64,000 bases of DNA from Bacillota bacterium (GTDB taxonomy: Bacteria; Bacillota; Ch66; Ch109): assembly GCA_050952625.1 (NCBI GenBank), contig JBMNLH010000001.1, forward strand, positions 256,001 through 320,000. Direction: 5' to 3'. The notes beneath the pieces are model-generated. The model did no database searches, was not told the DNA's origin, and worked only from the letters and a program-made list of their open reading frames with translations. The position numbers and the translations under genes were made by a program. Positions 8,926 to 19,606 of this stretch are shown here, piece by piece. Position 1 is the first letter of the stretch; each line of letters starts with the position of its first letter.

Positions 8926-10940
8926 ATGCGAATAAACCATAATATTGCTGCCTTGAACGCTTACCGGCAGTTATCGCAAAACCAACTCAATGTTTCTAAA
9001 CATTTGGAAAAGTTATCTTCTGGCTTAAGAATCAACCGGGCAGCTGATGACGCAGCAGGTCTGGCGATTTCGGAGAAAATGCGGTCCCAGATAAGAGGCT
9101 TAAGCCAGGCCAGTAGAAATGCGCTAGACGCGGTCTCGCTTATTCAGACCGCTGAAGCGGCCTTGTCTTCCGTACATAGCATGCTGCAAAGAATGCGCGA
9201 ATTAGCGGTCCAAGCAGCTAATGATACCAATACTGAAGACGATCGCAATGCTATTCAAGAAGAGGTTAATCAATTAACCTCGGAGATCAACCGCATTGGC
9301 AACACGACTGAATTTAACACCAGGAAGCTATTAATGGGCGGCGAGGGGGCCGTAACCCATAACGCAGAAATTGGGCAAACACAGCTAACGGGTGGGACTA
9401 ATAAAATAGAGTATGATATGGTAGTATCAGTATCAGATGTTAATATGGGCGATAGTGGTGTCCCAGCAAGTGCAAAAATAACTTTCAATGGCGTTCCGGA
9501 TGAAGGAGCCACCATAAAAATCGGTGATAAGGTGATCGGTTTCTGGGACAGCAGCAGTGGGGCTTTTGCCAATGAAGCAGCGGCGAGATCAAGATTGGGA
9601 GCAGATTTCGTAGTGGATATTAACGGACATAGCTAATGAAGCGGCAGTAGGAGATGCCATTGCCGGTCTTGATGTGGTGATTGATGATTGGGTTATTACA
9701 AATTCTGGGGCCGTTGTAACTGTTGAAGCAGCAGCTTCCGGAGCGCAAGATAAGCAGTTTGTCGGAGTAGGCTCGCTTGCCACTGGTAGTGATAGTGGTC
9801 TCAGTCTCAGTATTTCTATTGAAGGGGCCTATCATGATTATACGGTTGAGTTCGACGTTAGTGGCACTAATCCTGATAAGGTTGTAGTTGACCACGAAAA
9901 TGGCACAATAACTGTGCAGGTGGACTCATCCGGTTCTCCAACAGTAGCTAGCATTCAGCAGCTTATGGCCGATGAACTTGGAGTTAACGTTACCCTTGAG
10001 TATACGGGAGCCGTTTCCGATTTAGGTGGAAAATCTGTTAACTTAAGTGCCGACGTAACAACAGCCACCGACGCTACTGGCTCTATTTCCTTTACGGGCG
10101 TGCCAACAGATGGAGCGACTTTCACGATTGGGGAAAAAACAGTTCTCGCTTATAATAGTGCAAAGGAAAAGTATATCGGTAAAACTGAGGCAGAAATCAT
10201 CGCCACCTTAGCACCCGAGCTGGATGTAGCTAATGTCATATTATTTGATGTCAAGGATCTAGAAGCGGAAAAAGAATTAGACCCGGCAGCCGATCCGGCA
10301 GCGATAGCAAAGGAAGTGGCAGACGGCGTTTGCCAGCTTAGGCTCAGACATTACTGGTGTTACTCTGGCAGTAGATGATCCACCTGATCCAACCAAAGTT
10401 ATTATCACCGCGGCCACGCCGGGCTTTGCCGGCAACAACATTGCAACTGCAATTGGCGAGGACGTACCGGATGGGATCAACATGACAATGCAGATTGGCG
10501 CGAACGAGGGGCAAAATTTTGTGGTTAACCTACAGGATATGCGAGCGGCAGCTTTGGGAATTACTGGTACTGGAAAGGGATTTTCTGAGACTAATAACGT
10601 AACCGATGGAACAACGGAGATACTTATTGAGAAAGCCTTAAGCTTCTTAACTGCTGAAGATGCGGGAAATGCCATTACTGTTCTGGATAAGGCCATTAGC
10701 ATAGTATCTTACCAACGTTCTAAACTGGGTGCCTTTCAAAACCGGCTGGAACACACCATTGACAATCTTTCCACCACAACTGAAAACCTGACAGCAGCCG
10801 AATCCCGGGTGCGTGACGCAGATATGGCCTTGGAAATGACCGAATTTACCAAGAATAACATCCTCAATCAGGCTGCTACCGCTATGTTAGCCCAGGCTAA
10901 CCAGCTACCACAGGGCGTATTGCAGTTGCTTGGGGGCTAG
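8926..10940 (+). pseudogene. fliC: flagellin, split by two +1 frameshifts (~9622 and ~10331); ~670 aa if repaired
   Basis: N-term [10 protein letters not shown]...[23 protein letters not shown]; C-term RSKLGAFQNRLEH...AQANQLPQGVLQLL; the three frames join by removing one base at each site. Confidence 0.9.
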
Positions 10941-11104
10941 ACAGTAGTTGTTAGATTTGACGCTCATTAAAAATAGTTTAAATAATAGTATTAGCTGACA
11001 AACGTTAATGCTTAATGGGACGCAGTAATGTGAAATAATGATGAATATTTTTGAACGTGTGACTTTCTGATTGGGAAAACAAGATGAAATAATGGAGAAA
11101 ACTG

Positions 11105-11536
11105 ATGAGCGAAATCAGTCGTGTGGAGCGGGCTGGTCTGACTAGACCAGCCGCTAAATCCGAAGTCTCGGGGGAAAAGCTGTCCTTCACCGAAATCCTC
11201 GCCGAACGTCGGGGGACCTTAAACATCGAAAAACTGAAGAAAACCTTAAAAGACATTGAAAAACAGGGAAAAGTCCTGGCAAATACCTGTACCGCTGAAG
11301 ATCTAATGAAGTACAAGAAGATGATCAAGGATTTTTTTGATGAGGTGCTTAAACACAGCCTCAAGGTGGAACAAAGAACCGGTTTTCGTCGGATGAAGAT
11401 TTATAAAACCATTGAGATCGTCGACCAGAAACTGCTTGACCTATCCGATGCCATTCTTAAGGAGCAGGAGAAGGGCTTAAACATCCTGGCCCGAATCGGG
11501 CAGATCCAGGGGATGCTGGTGGATATCCTGGCTTAG
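11105..11536 (+). CDS. YaaR/DUF327 family protein
   Basis: 'I..QG..L', 'YKKMIKDF', 'VDQKL..L', 'IQGMLVD'. Confidence 0.85.
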   Translation: MSEISRVERAGLTRPAAKSEVSGEKLSFTEILAERRGTLNIEKLKKTLKDIEKQGKVLANTCTAEDLMKYKKMIKDFFDEVLKHSLKVEQRTGFRRMKIYKTIEIVDQKLLDLSDAILKEQEKGLNILARIGQIQGMLVDILA

Positions 11537-11934
11537 TTTTTAGCGGGCTTTTTTCGGCTTTTCTCTATTTTTAGAAACAAGAATAAAAAGACAAAATAAG
11601 ATACGACAGCAATTAATGTGGCATTTATCGCACTTCCGAGCAGATAAGCACTGCCGACATTGGCGAAAAAGTCTAGCACTTGGTCAAAAAAAGAGAGGTC
11701 ATAAACAATATCGTACTGTTGCGCCGGGGCTGGGCCAGTGTTCAGGAAGATCGCCCCGGTCTTATAGTTCAGCACATACAAAAAGGGAGATACATAGGCT
11801 AGCAAGATAGCTGGGATAGACGTAGCCACAATGTTTAACCTGAAAAACTTCGCCAACACAATCCCCAAAGGTAGATTTAGACCAGGCAAGGGCAATAGAG
11901 CTAACCCAAATCCCAGGGAAACACTTTTCGCCAA
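11533..11934 (-). CDS. DUF2062 family membrane protein (5' end possibly frameshifted)
   Basis: 'SP..LA.S.SLG...LLP.PG' and 'PFLY.LNY..G' pattern; in-frame similarity extends upstream to a TAA at ~11970. Confidence 0.7.
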   Translation of the reverse strand: MAKSVSLGFGLALLPLPGLNLPLGIVLAKFFRLNIVATSIPAILLAYVSPFLYVLNYKTGAIFLNTGPAPAQQYDIVYDLSFFDQVLDFFANVGSAYLLGSAINATLIAVVSYFVFLFLFLKIEKSRKKPAKN

Positions 11935-12065
11935 TTTATATGGTGATCCTTTAATGGATAATAGCTTTTAAATAAATCTTTTTTTAATAAATTTTTAATT
12001 TCGGTGCTAGTTCCAGATGTAGAGGCATACTCTTCCAAGATTATTATCACCACTTTATCTAAGTT

Positions 12066-12172
12066 CAAAAGACCCCTGCTTCTATAAGTGGGGGTTACCT
12101 TGTTTAAACGATGTTCAGCAAAGCTGGAGAGTTCACTAGTGTGATTAGTGAAGGATCACCTTTGGTCTTTTA
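12066..12172 (-). repeat. interspersed ~110-nt repeat, family C (CCCACTTATAGAAG hairpin)
   Basis: Reverse complement matches 63358-63465 and, more weakly, 45950-46032. Confidence 0.6.
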
Positions 12173-12350
12173 TAAGACATCAAATAAGATAACCCAGGAG
12201 GGTTATTGAAACCATCCGGGCATTTTTCTCAAACTAACATTCTCAACTAACATAATTAGACCAATACGACAACTGCTTAAGACAAAAGGATAGTTTTGTT
12301 AACAGGCAAGCTTATACCTTCACTAAAACTAGAAAATACCTAGAAAATAC

Positions 12351-12836
12351 CTAGAACTTTGCTATCTCTTGTTCAACCCATTGCTGAATATCCGGATCCT
12401 CCCAGGTAGAGCCGTCCAAATACTCTACTCGAGCCAGCCGAACTTTCATTTTGAAGGCATCCATAGTTACATTCCAGACACCGGAGCCGGAGGCCTGGGG
12501 TGCTAGTTGTTTCTTTGTTGTAATACGTTTAAGACTACTCTGGCTGTGCGAATCGATTGCCGGCTTACCTTCTTGATCAAATAACAGCAAAGCAAATTCT
12601 ATCTTTGTAATGAACTTGTCCGTCTTATTGGTGTAATTAATCGGGACATCGTGATATAATGGGGCTTTTTGTACTTGGGCACTATCGATTGTCACAGGTG
12701 CATTATCCAGGTTTTCAAATAGAGCTGATTGTTCTGCTTGACCCTGATTGTTTGATCCTTCTTGGCCCCCGGTGTTTCCACACCCAACTAAAAACAGAGC
12801 TGAGCCGAGTAGAATCACCATGCCTAATAAGGCCAT
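12351..12836 (-). CDS. putative lipoprotein
   Basis: Lipobox FLVG-C after a hydrophobic stretch; true start may be ATT at 12851/12854. Confidence 0.75.
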   Translation of the reverse strand: MALLGMVILLGSALFLVGCGNTGGQEGSNNQGQAEQSALFENLDNAPVTIDSAQVQKAPLYHDVPINYTNKTDKFITKIEFALLLFDQEGKPAIDSHSQSSLKRITTKKQLAPQASGSGVWNVTMDAFKMKVRLARVEYLDGSTWEDPDIQQWVEQEIAKF

Positions 12837-13031
12837 CCATTTTGGTTTAATAATAATTCCACCTCCATTTAGTAAAGTTGCCTAAAATTGCAATTAACTT
12901 TTTTGTTGGTTTATATTTTATCACAATTCTACCAAAGAGTAACCAGGTTGTTATCAGAATTGACTGTAAATATGCTGCCTCGCCAGTAGTCTAATACGGG
13001 GGCATGTTTTAGATTAGCATTGGCTGCTCGG

Positions 13032-13259
13032 TTAGACCTCAACATTGTCGGATTGTTCGATTCCGAACGTTCCGAGCCTTTTAGTCCCGAAATGATCATG
13101 TGTCTGGATATCGGGATTATGCTCAGGCGAGGTAAGCGGTTCAGACTCTGGAGTGATCGGCGGAATTTCGGGGATAAATTCCCGGTATATTTCCGGCTGT
13201 TGCTCAAGCAAAGCCTCGTTCAGGGGGACGCTAGTATTACTGCTGTTAGTCTTTTTCAT
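13032..13259 (-). CDS. small acidic Pro-rich hypothetical protein
   Basis: Strong RBS AAAGGAGG (13271-13278, minus strand) upstream of the ATG. Confidence 0.6.
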   Translation of the reverse strand: MKKTNSSNTSVPLNEALLEQQPEIYREFIPEIPPITPESEPLTSPEHNPDIQTHDHFGTKRLGTFGIEQSDNVEV

Positions 13260-13387
13260 CTTTTAATTTGCCTCCTTTAAACCTTGTTCATTTTTTCTTA
13301 AGTTAAGAAAATAAGATATCAGTATTACGGTCGTCATTGGGTATGAATATAACCATTATTCGTTTATCGTGGTGCGGGCAACGCATG

Positions 13388-13460
13388 ATAATTCTAAGTG
13401 AGGCGGAGGATCCTTCCCACGCTGAGAAGTAAGATCCTTCGCTAACGCTCCAGGATGACA
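13388..13460. repeat. degenerate REP-like palindrome (GTCATYCTGAGCG...GATC / GATCCTTCGCT...CAGGATGACA type)
   Basis: attctaagtgaggcggaggatc ... gatccttcgctaacgctccaggatgaca inverted arms. Confidence 0.45.
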
Positions 13461-13574
13461 TCTGCCCGCTATTCTTTGTGCCTAACGGACATGGGTGTAA
13501 CTAGCCCTAGTTGTGTCTAGTTTTAGCAGCAAAGCATAAATTCATTAATTTATTGTCGATTTTTCTAATACCTC

Positions 13575-13604
13575 TTGACATAGGGTGAAAAGGTGTGGTA
13601 AATT
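13575..13604 (+). promoter_or_regulatory. sigma-A promoter of the tRNA operon
   Basis: TTGACA-N18-TAAATT with TG extension. Confidence 0.65.
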
Positions 13605-13734
13605 AGGATTCGCGAAAGTTGGTTCATCTAGACTGGATCTGGCGCGGTAGGCCGACTGCCCGACGGTGTAGACTTGCAGATTATCAGAGATTAGCCAGGA
13701 AGATGTGGACGGTCTGGCAAGAACCATATTGTAT

Positions 13735-13817
13735 GCGGGAGTGGCGGAATTGGCAGACGCACCAGACTTAGGATCTGGCGGGAAACCGTGGGGGTTCAAG
13801 TCCCTTCTCCCGCACCA
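13735..13817 (+). tRNA. tRNA-Leu(TAG)
   Basis: Cloverleaf; anticodon stem ccaga/tctgg with loop cttagga; long variable arm; encoded CCA. Confidence 0.97.
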
Positions 13818-13833
13818 AACTTTAATTAATCGT

Positions 13834-13908
13834 GCGGAAATAGCTCAGTGGTAGAGCATCGCCTTGCCAAGGCGAGGGTCGCGGGTTCGAATCCCGTTTT
13901 CCGCTCCA
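13834..13908 (+). tRNA. tRNA-Gly(GCC)
   Basis: Cloverleaf; loop ttgccaa; GTTCGAATCC; ends TCCA. Confidence 0.97.
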
Positions 13909-14081
13909 TTCGTTAATTCATAATTTTTTATTTGCCTCGGCCGTAATCCTATTGCCGAGGTATAATGTTTTACTTATGTTTCAGATTGGAAATGGCTAAA
14001 CTAATTGGTAATAGTTAACCGGCCCCCATGTTTTCAGGAATCATGGTCAGGGTTGAGTAGAGCAAGGAGGAGCAAGCATAA

Positions 14082-15401
14082 ATGAAATTTAGTGTGGAGA
14101 AGATACAGTCAAATCTGGCTACTCTGGAAATTGAGGTAGAAGAACAAAGAGTTGAAGAAGCTCTCGACCAGTCCTATCGGAAAATTGTCAAGCAGGTTAA
14201 TATACCCGGTTTTCGAAAAGGCAAGGTACCTCGACCAATACTGGAAGCTCAATTAGGCCGGGGAGTTCTTTATGAGGAAGCCCTTGATATCCTCCTAAAT
14301 CAAACCTACTCAGAGGCCCTTAAAGAGTCTGCCCTTGAGGCGGTCGGCGAACCCAAGGTCGAAGTTGTTCAGATGGACCGTGACTTGCCCCTGATTTATA
14401 AAGTGACGGTTTCCATTAAACCGGAGATTGTTTTGCCTGATTTTAGCGAAATAGAGGTTGAAGACGAGCTTCCCCAGGAGCCAACCGACGAAGATGTCCA
14501 AAAGGTTTTGAATAATTATCAGCAGCGAATGGCCCGATTGGAAAACGTTGAATCCGGCACAGTTGAACAAGGACATATTGTCCTGATTGACTTTGCTGGC
14601 TATTTGGATGGTGTTCAATTTGAGGGTGGAACCTCTCAAGACTATTCCCTCGAGATTGGCTCGCAGACCTTTATCCCGGGGTTTGAAGACCAGATGGTCG
14701 GGATGCAGCTTAACGAAGAGAGGGACATTGAGGTTACTTTCCCGGAAGAGTATCCCCAGCCGGATCTAGCCGGAAAACCCGCCACCTTTAAGGTAAAGGT
14801 AAAAGAAATAAAGCAACGTGTCTACCCGGCAATAGACGATGAGTTAGCCAAAGATGTCAGTGAATTTGAAACCCTGGCTGAACTGAAAGAAGAAATTCGG
14901 CATAACCTCAGGGAAAAAGCGGAAAAAGACGCCAAACGGGAGATGCGGGAAAAAGTTGTGGAGAAAGTAGTTGCGCCGATTGAAGTAGAGGTGCCGGAGC
15001 CCCTGGTTGAGGAACGGTTGAAGGATATGGTTACCAAATTCGCGCAGCAAATCAGCATTCAGGGGACTACGCTAGAACAATATCTGAAGATGACCAATAA
15101 GAGTATGAAGGATTTGTTGGAATTTTTACGCCCGCAAGCAGAAACATGGGCGAAGTCTACCCTGGTTTTAGAAGCGATTGCCAAAAAGGAAAACATAACC
15201 GTTACTGATCAGGATGTTGAGGACCGCATTACCCGGGCTAGTGAAGAGTTCGGGATGAAACGAGAAGACGTCAGTGAATCAGTGAATGGCGTTTTGGAAT
15301 CTTTCAAAAAGGAAATACTGCTGGATAAAGTAGTTAATTATCTATTGACTACTGTAAAGATTGTACCGCCAACGGCCGATTTGGTAGCGGAGAATGCTTA
15401 A
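14082..15401 (+). CDS. tig: trigger factor
   Basis: IPGFRKGKVP ribosome-binding motif; FKBP domain (FIPGFE). Confidence 0.97.
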   Translation: MKFSVEKIQSNLATLEIEVEEQRVEEALDQSYRKIVKQVNIPGFRKGKVPRPILEAQLGRGVLYEEALDILLNQTYSEALKESALEAVGEPKVEVVQMDRDLPLIYKVTVSIKPEIVLPDFSEIEVEDELPQEPTDEDVQKVLNNYQQRMARLENVESGTVEQGHIVLIDFAGYLDGVQFEGGTSQDYSLEIGSQTFIPGFEDQMVGMQLNEERDIEVTFPEEYPQPDLAGKPATFKVKVKEIKQRVYPAIDDELAKDVSEFETLAELKEEIRHNLREKAEKDAKREMREKVVEKVVAPIEVEVPEPLVEERLKDMVTKFAQQISIQGTTLEQYLKMTNKSMKDLLEFLRPQAETWAKSTLVLEAIAKKENITVTDQDVEDRITRASEEFGMKREDVSESVNGVLESFKKEILLDKVVNYLLTTVKIVPPTADLVAENA

Positions 15402-15557
15402 AGTGAGTTATTGGGGTAATTTTTTGTTATTCTTTTCCGTATTATTTTAAGAAGACTTTGGTATTTAAGAACACGGGGGTATTCTTTAAGAAAGCATAAA
15501 GTAACGAGGCAACCCCTTTAGGAATATTTTATTTTAAGGAAGGTGGTGTCCTAAACC

Positions 15558-16160
15558 GTGTCATTTCTTGTTCCAATGGTAGTGGAGCAGACTAACCGGG
15601 GAGAAAGGGCTTATGACATTTATTCACGTCTGCTCAAGGACCGGATCATCTTTTTAGGTAGCGCGATTGATGATCATGTGGCAAATTTAGTAATTGCTCA
15701 ATTACTTTTCCTGGAGGCTGAGGACCCGGACAAGGATATTCATCTTTATATTAATTCTCCTGGTGGGTCGATAACGGCTGGGATGGCGATTTACGACACG
15801 ATGCAGTACATTCGTCCGGATGTCTCAACTATTTGCGTTGGTTTGGCAGCGAGCATGGGGGCATTTCTCCTGGCGGCCGGGACCAAAAATAAGCGTTTTG
15901 CTTTACCCAACAGTGAGGTTATGATTCATCAGCCACTGGGGGGTACCCAGGGTCAGGCGACCGATATTGAGATCCATGCCCGTCGAATTCTGCAGATACG
16001 GGAAAGATTAAATGTGATTTTATCTGAAAGGACCGGGCAGCCGCTGGAGCGAATCCGAAAAGATACTGAAAGAGATTTTTTCATGTCCGCGGAAGAGGCT
16101 CGAAAATATGGTATAATAGACGGGGTGATGATCAAAGCCGGGACTCTAAAGGGAGTTTAG
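15558..16160 (+). CDS. clpP: ATP-dependent Clp protease proteolytic subunit
   Basis: [26 protein letters not shown]. Confidence 0.98.
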   Translation: MSFLVPMVVEQTNRGERAYDIYSRLLKDRIIFLGSAIDDHVANLVIAQLLFLEAEDPDKDIHLYINSPGGSITAGMAIYDTMQYIRPDVSTICVGLAASMGAFLLAAGTKNKRFALPNSEVMIHQPLGGTQGQATDIEIHARRILQIRERLNVILSERTGQPLERIRKDTERDFFMSAEEARKYGIIDGVMIKAGTLKGV

Positions 16161-16176
16161 GGCGAGAGGTGATAAC

Positions 16177-17436
16177 ATGTACAAATTCGGAGACGACAAG
16201 GGTCAACTCAAGTGTTCCTTCTGTGGGAAACTCCAGGATCAGGTTAAGAAGCTGGTAGCAGGACCCGGGGTATACATTTGTGACGAGTGTATTGAACTCT
16301 GTAATGAAATTATCGAGGAAGAACTAAATGAAGAGGTCGGGTTCGAACTGGGCGACATTCCCAAACCTAAGGAGATCAAGGAAATACTTGACCAGTATGT
16401 AATCGGTCAGGAAAAGGCCAAGAAATCTCTGGCAGTTGCTGTTTACAACCACTATAAGCGGATCAATATCGGGATGAAGATTGATGATGTGGAACTCCAA
16501 AAGAGTAATATCGTCATGTTAGGCCCTACCGGTAGTGGTAAAACCCTTTTGGCACAGACCTTGGCTAAAATCTTGAATGTACCCTTTGCCATCGCCGATG
16601 CCACCTCTCTAACCGAAGCCGGTTATGTAGGGGAAGACGTAGAAAACATCCTGTTAAAGCTAATCCAAGCAGCAGATTATGATGTGGAAAAAGCCGAAAA
16701 AGGAATCGTCTATATTGACGAAATTGATAAGATAGCCCGCAAAACGGAGAATCCATCAATTACTCGGGACGTTTCCGGTGAAGGGGTCCAACAGGCTCTC
16801 CTGAAGATCCTGGAAGGAACGGTGGCCAGCGTGCCGCCGCAGGGAGGCCGTAAGCACCCTCATCAGGAGTTTATTCAACTAGATACGACCAACATCCTGT
16901 TTATTTGCGGGGGAGCGTTTGATGGCATAGAAAAGATCATTCAGAATCGGACTGGCCGCAAGTCATTGGGCTTTGGTGCTGAGATTCAGACTAAGAGTGA
17001 AAAAAAGATTGGCGAGATTCTGGAGAATATTATGCCGGTTGACCTGTTAAAGTATGGCTTAATCCCAGAATTTGTAGGTCGTTTACCCATTATTGTGACA
17101 TTAGATGCTTTGGACGAAGAGGCTCTGATTCGAATTTTAACTGAACCCAGAAACGCATTAGTTAAACAGTATCAGAAATTCTTTGAACTGGACGGAGTAA
17201 CCTTGGAGTTTAAAGAGGAAGCTCTAGCCGGGATTGCCAAAGAGGCGATTAAACGAAATACGGGGGCCCGGGGATTAAGGGCTATTTTTGAAGACATCAT
17301 GTTGGATGTAATGTACGATATTCCTTCGCGGGGTGATATTACTAAGTGTGTCGTCACTAAAGAGGTAGTGGCGCGTAAAGAGGAACCCCTCCTGGTAACG
17401 GTGGAGAGGAAAAAGAAAAAAGAAGAGACGGCGTAA
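16177..17436 (+). CDS. clpX: ATP-dependent Clp protease ATP-binding subunit ClpX
   Basis: CSFCGK zinc finger, [18 protein letters not shown]. Confidence 0.98.
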   Translation: MYKFGDDKGQLKCSFCGKLQDQVKKLVAGPGVYICDECIELCNEIIEEELNEEVGFELGDIPKPKEIKEILDQYVIGQEKAKKSLAVAVYNHYKRINIGMKIDDVELQKSNIVMLGPTGSGKTLLAQTLAKILNVPFAIADATSLTEAGYVGEDVENILLKLIQAADYDVEKAEKGIVYIDEIDKIARKTENPSITRDVSGEGVQQALLKILEGTVASVPPQGGRKHPHQEFIQLDTTNILFICGGAFDGIEKIIQNRTGRKSLGFGAEIQTKSEKKIGEILENIMPVDLLKYGLIPEFVGRLPIIVTLDALDEEALIRILTEPRNALVKQYQKFFELDGVTLEFKEEALAGIAKEAIKRNTGARGLRAIFEDIMLDVMYDIPSRGDITKCVVTKEVVARKEEPLLVTVERKKKKEETA

Positions 17437-17674
17437 TGGCAGTAATCTGATAGTGATTGCTAAGAAAGACTGTTTACTGAATTAATAATTAGGTTGATAC
17501 TAACAAGTTGCTCAGGCGATGCTAGACCGAAATAAGGTCCATCGCCTTTTTATTTGAGTTTAAAATTTGAGTTCAAAAGGCCTCCGGCTGCTCCTGTTTT
17601 TGCCCTAACAATATGCTGCCGGTTATTCATCCCTCTTACAGGTAATAATAGGCTGTGAGAGGGGTGAGACTTTA

Positions 17675-19387
17675 ATGGGAGATCTTATAGGTGGCTTTGG
17701 GGCAATTTTAATTGTTATTCAAGTATTTTTCGGTGTAGTCATTGGTGTTTATTTTTGGAACCTGTTACGGGTGCAGCAGGGGAACCGTCAAACAGTTTGT
17801 CGGGAGTCGCAGAAGGAGATGGATAAGTTAAAGCGCTTGCGGCAGATTTCCTTGACTGAACCGCTGTCCGAGCGGACTCGGCCTACCCGTTTCGAAGAAA
17901 TTATCGGTCAGGCAGAGGGTTTAAAGGCCTTGAGGGCAGCCATCTGTGGGCCAAACCCGCAGCATGTGATTATTTATGGTCCTCCCGGTGTGGGGAAAAC
18001 AGCCGCTGCCCGTCTCGTTTTGGAGGAGGCTAAGAATAACCCATTTTCGCCTTTTCTGGAAGATGCTTGTTTTGTTGAACTTGATGCCACTACCGCCCGT
18101 TTTGATGAGCGAGGAATTGCCGACCCCCTGATTGGCTCAGTTCACGATCCGATCTATCAGGGAGCCGGCCCAATGGGTATGGCCGGGATTCCCCAGCCAA
18201 AACCAGGAGCCGTGACCAAGGCGCATGGGGGTATGTTGTTTATCGACGAAATTGGTGAGCTGCATCCAATTCAGTTAAATAAATTATTAAAGGTTTTAGA
18301 AGACCGTAAGGTATACTTGGAAAGTGCTTATTACAGTGCGGAGGATACCAACATCCCGGCCCATATTCATGATATTTTTCAAAACGGACTGCCGGCTGAC
18401 TTCCGAATGGTCGGGGCAACAACCCGGATGCCCCACGATTTACCGCCGGCTATTCGTTCTCGGTGTCTGGAAGTATATTTTCGAGCCTTGCTTCCTTCAG
18501 AAATTGGCATAATCGCCGCTAATGCGGCCCGCAAGATTGACTTTAATCTGGGCGATGACGCGATTGAGGTAGTCAAAAAATATGCGACCAATGGTCGGGA
18601 AGCGGTTAACATTATTCAAATAGCCGCGGGTCTAGCCTTGACCCGAGGCAGCCAAAACATACGAGTTGAAGAAGTGGAGTGGGTCGTAAACAGCGGCCAA
18701 TACACTCCTCGGTCGGATAAGAAGATCCCACCTCAACCACAGGTGGGCCTAGTGAATGGATTAGCGGTTTTTGGGCCAAATTTGGGCACCTTGATTGAGG
18801 TAGAGGCCTCAGCCATGCCAGCCACCCGCTCGCGCGGCAAGATCACGGTTACCGGGGTGGTTGAGGAAGAGGAAATACCTGGGTTTGGTCATACCATGCG
18901 GCGAAAAAGTCTGGCTCGCGGTTCGGTGGAAAACGTGCTAACTGCCTTGCGTCGCTATACTCGAGTCGATCCTCGAGATTATGATATTCACATTAATTTT
19001 CCCGGGGGAACGCCAGTAGACGGACCGTCAGCCGGCGTAACGATTGCGACCGCTGCCTACTCAGCCATGTTAAATGTCCCGGTGGACAACCGCGTAGCAA
19101 TGACTGGTGAAGTATCGGTTCGCGGCGAAATCAAACCGATTGGCGGAGTAGTCGCTAAAGTGGAAGCAGCCCGTCAGGCGGGAGTTAAACGCGTTTTAAT
19201 CCCTAAAGAAAACTGGCAGGAACTGTTTCGTGACCTGGAGGGAATGGAGGTTATCCCAGTCACCAGCCTGGAAGAAGTATTACAGTTGGCGATTAACTCA
19301 GCTTCGGTTCCTTCCCTGGAGGTACGTAAGCCCGGTCTGGAAATTGTCCCACCCCCCACCTCGAACTTTGGCGGAGTCGTCGGTTAA
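17675..19387 (+). CDS. lonB: ATP-dependent protease LonB (sporulation type)
   Basis: N-terminal TM helix, [14 protein letters not shown]; lies between clpX and lon. Confidence 0.93.
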   Translation: MGDLIGGFGAILIVIQVFFGVVIGVYFWNLLRVQQGNRQTVCRESQKEMDKLKRLRQISLTEPLSERTRPTRFEEIIGQAEGLKALRAAICGPNPQHVIIYGPPGVGKTAAARLVLEEAKNNPFSPFLEDACFVELDATTARFDERGIADPLIGSVHDPIYQGAGPMGMAGIPQPKPGAVTKAHGGMLFIDEIGELHPIQLNKLLKVLEDRKVYLESAYYSAEDTNIPAHIHDIFQNGLPADFRMVGATTRMPHDLPPAIRSRCLEVYFRALLPSEIGIIAANAARKIDFNLGDDAIEVVKKYATNGREAVNIIQIAAGLALTRGSQNIRVEEVEWVVNSGQYTPRSDKKIPPQPQVGLVNGLAVFGPNLGTLIEVEASAMPATRSRGKITVTGVVEEEEIPGFGHTMRRKSLARGSVENVLTALRRYTRVDPRDYDIHINFPGGTPVDGPSAGVTIATAAYSAMLNVPVDNRVAMTGEVSVRGEIKPIGGVVAKVEAARQAGVKRVLIPKENWQELFRDLEGMEVIPVTSLEEVLQLAINSASVPSLEVRKPGLEIVPPPTSNFGGVVG

Positions 19388-19418
19388 ATGATTAAGTTAA
19401 ATCTGCCCCATAATACCA

Positions 19419-19452
19419 GGAACGCCAGGAATTAACCCTGGCGTTCTTTATT
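19419..19452 (+). terminator. intrinsic terminator after lonB
   Basis: gaacgccagg/cctggcgttc hairpin. Confidence 0.55.
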
Positions 19453-19606
19453 GCTTTTACGGTATATTATAATAGTTCGCCGGGCTGGAGGGCTATATCT
19501 TGCGGCTGTTGCCGGAAATGAGGTTTCGGGGTAAAATATTGTTAATAAAAATAGAGAAACAGAATCACATTTTTATGGTTGACTATTATCAGGGGAGGTG
19601 TCCGGA

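Noticed and set aside
9600-10340. Programmed frameshifting or phase variation in flagellin
   Set aside because: No slippery heptamer, stimulatory structure or long homopolymer at either site.
10995-11040. GACAAAC...GGGACGCA resembling the P2 of a c-di-GMP-I riboswitch before yaaR
   Set aside because: No GNRA loop, no P3/receptor and no P1; at best a decayed relic.
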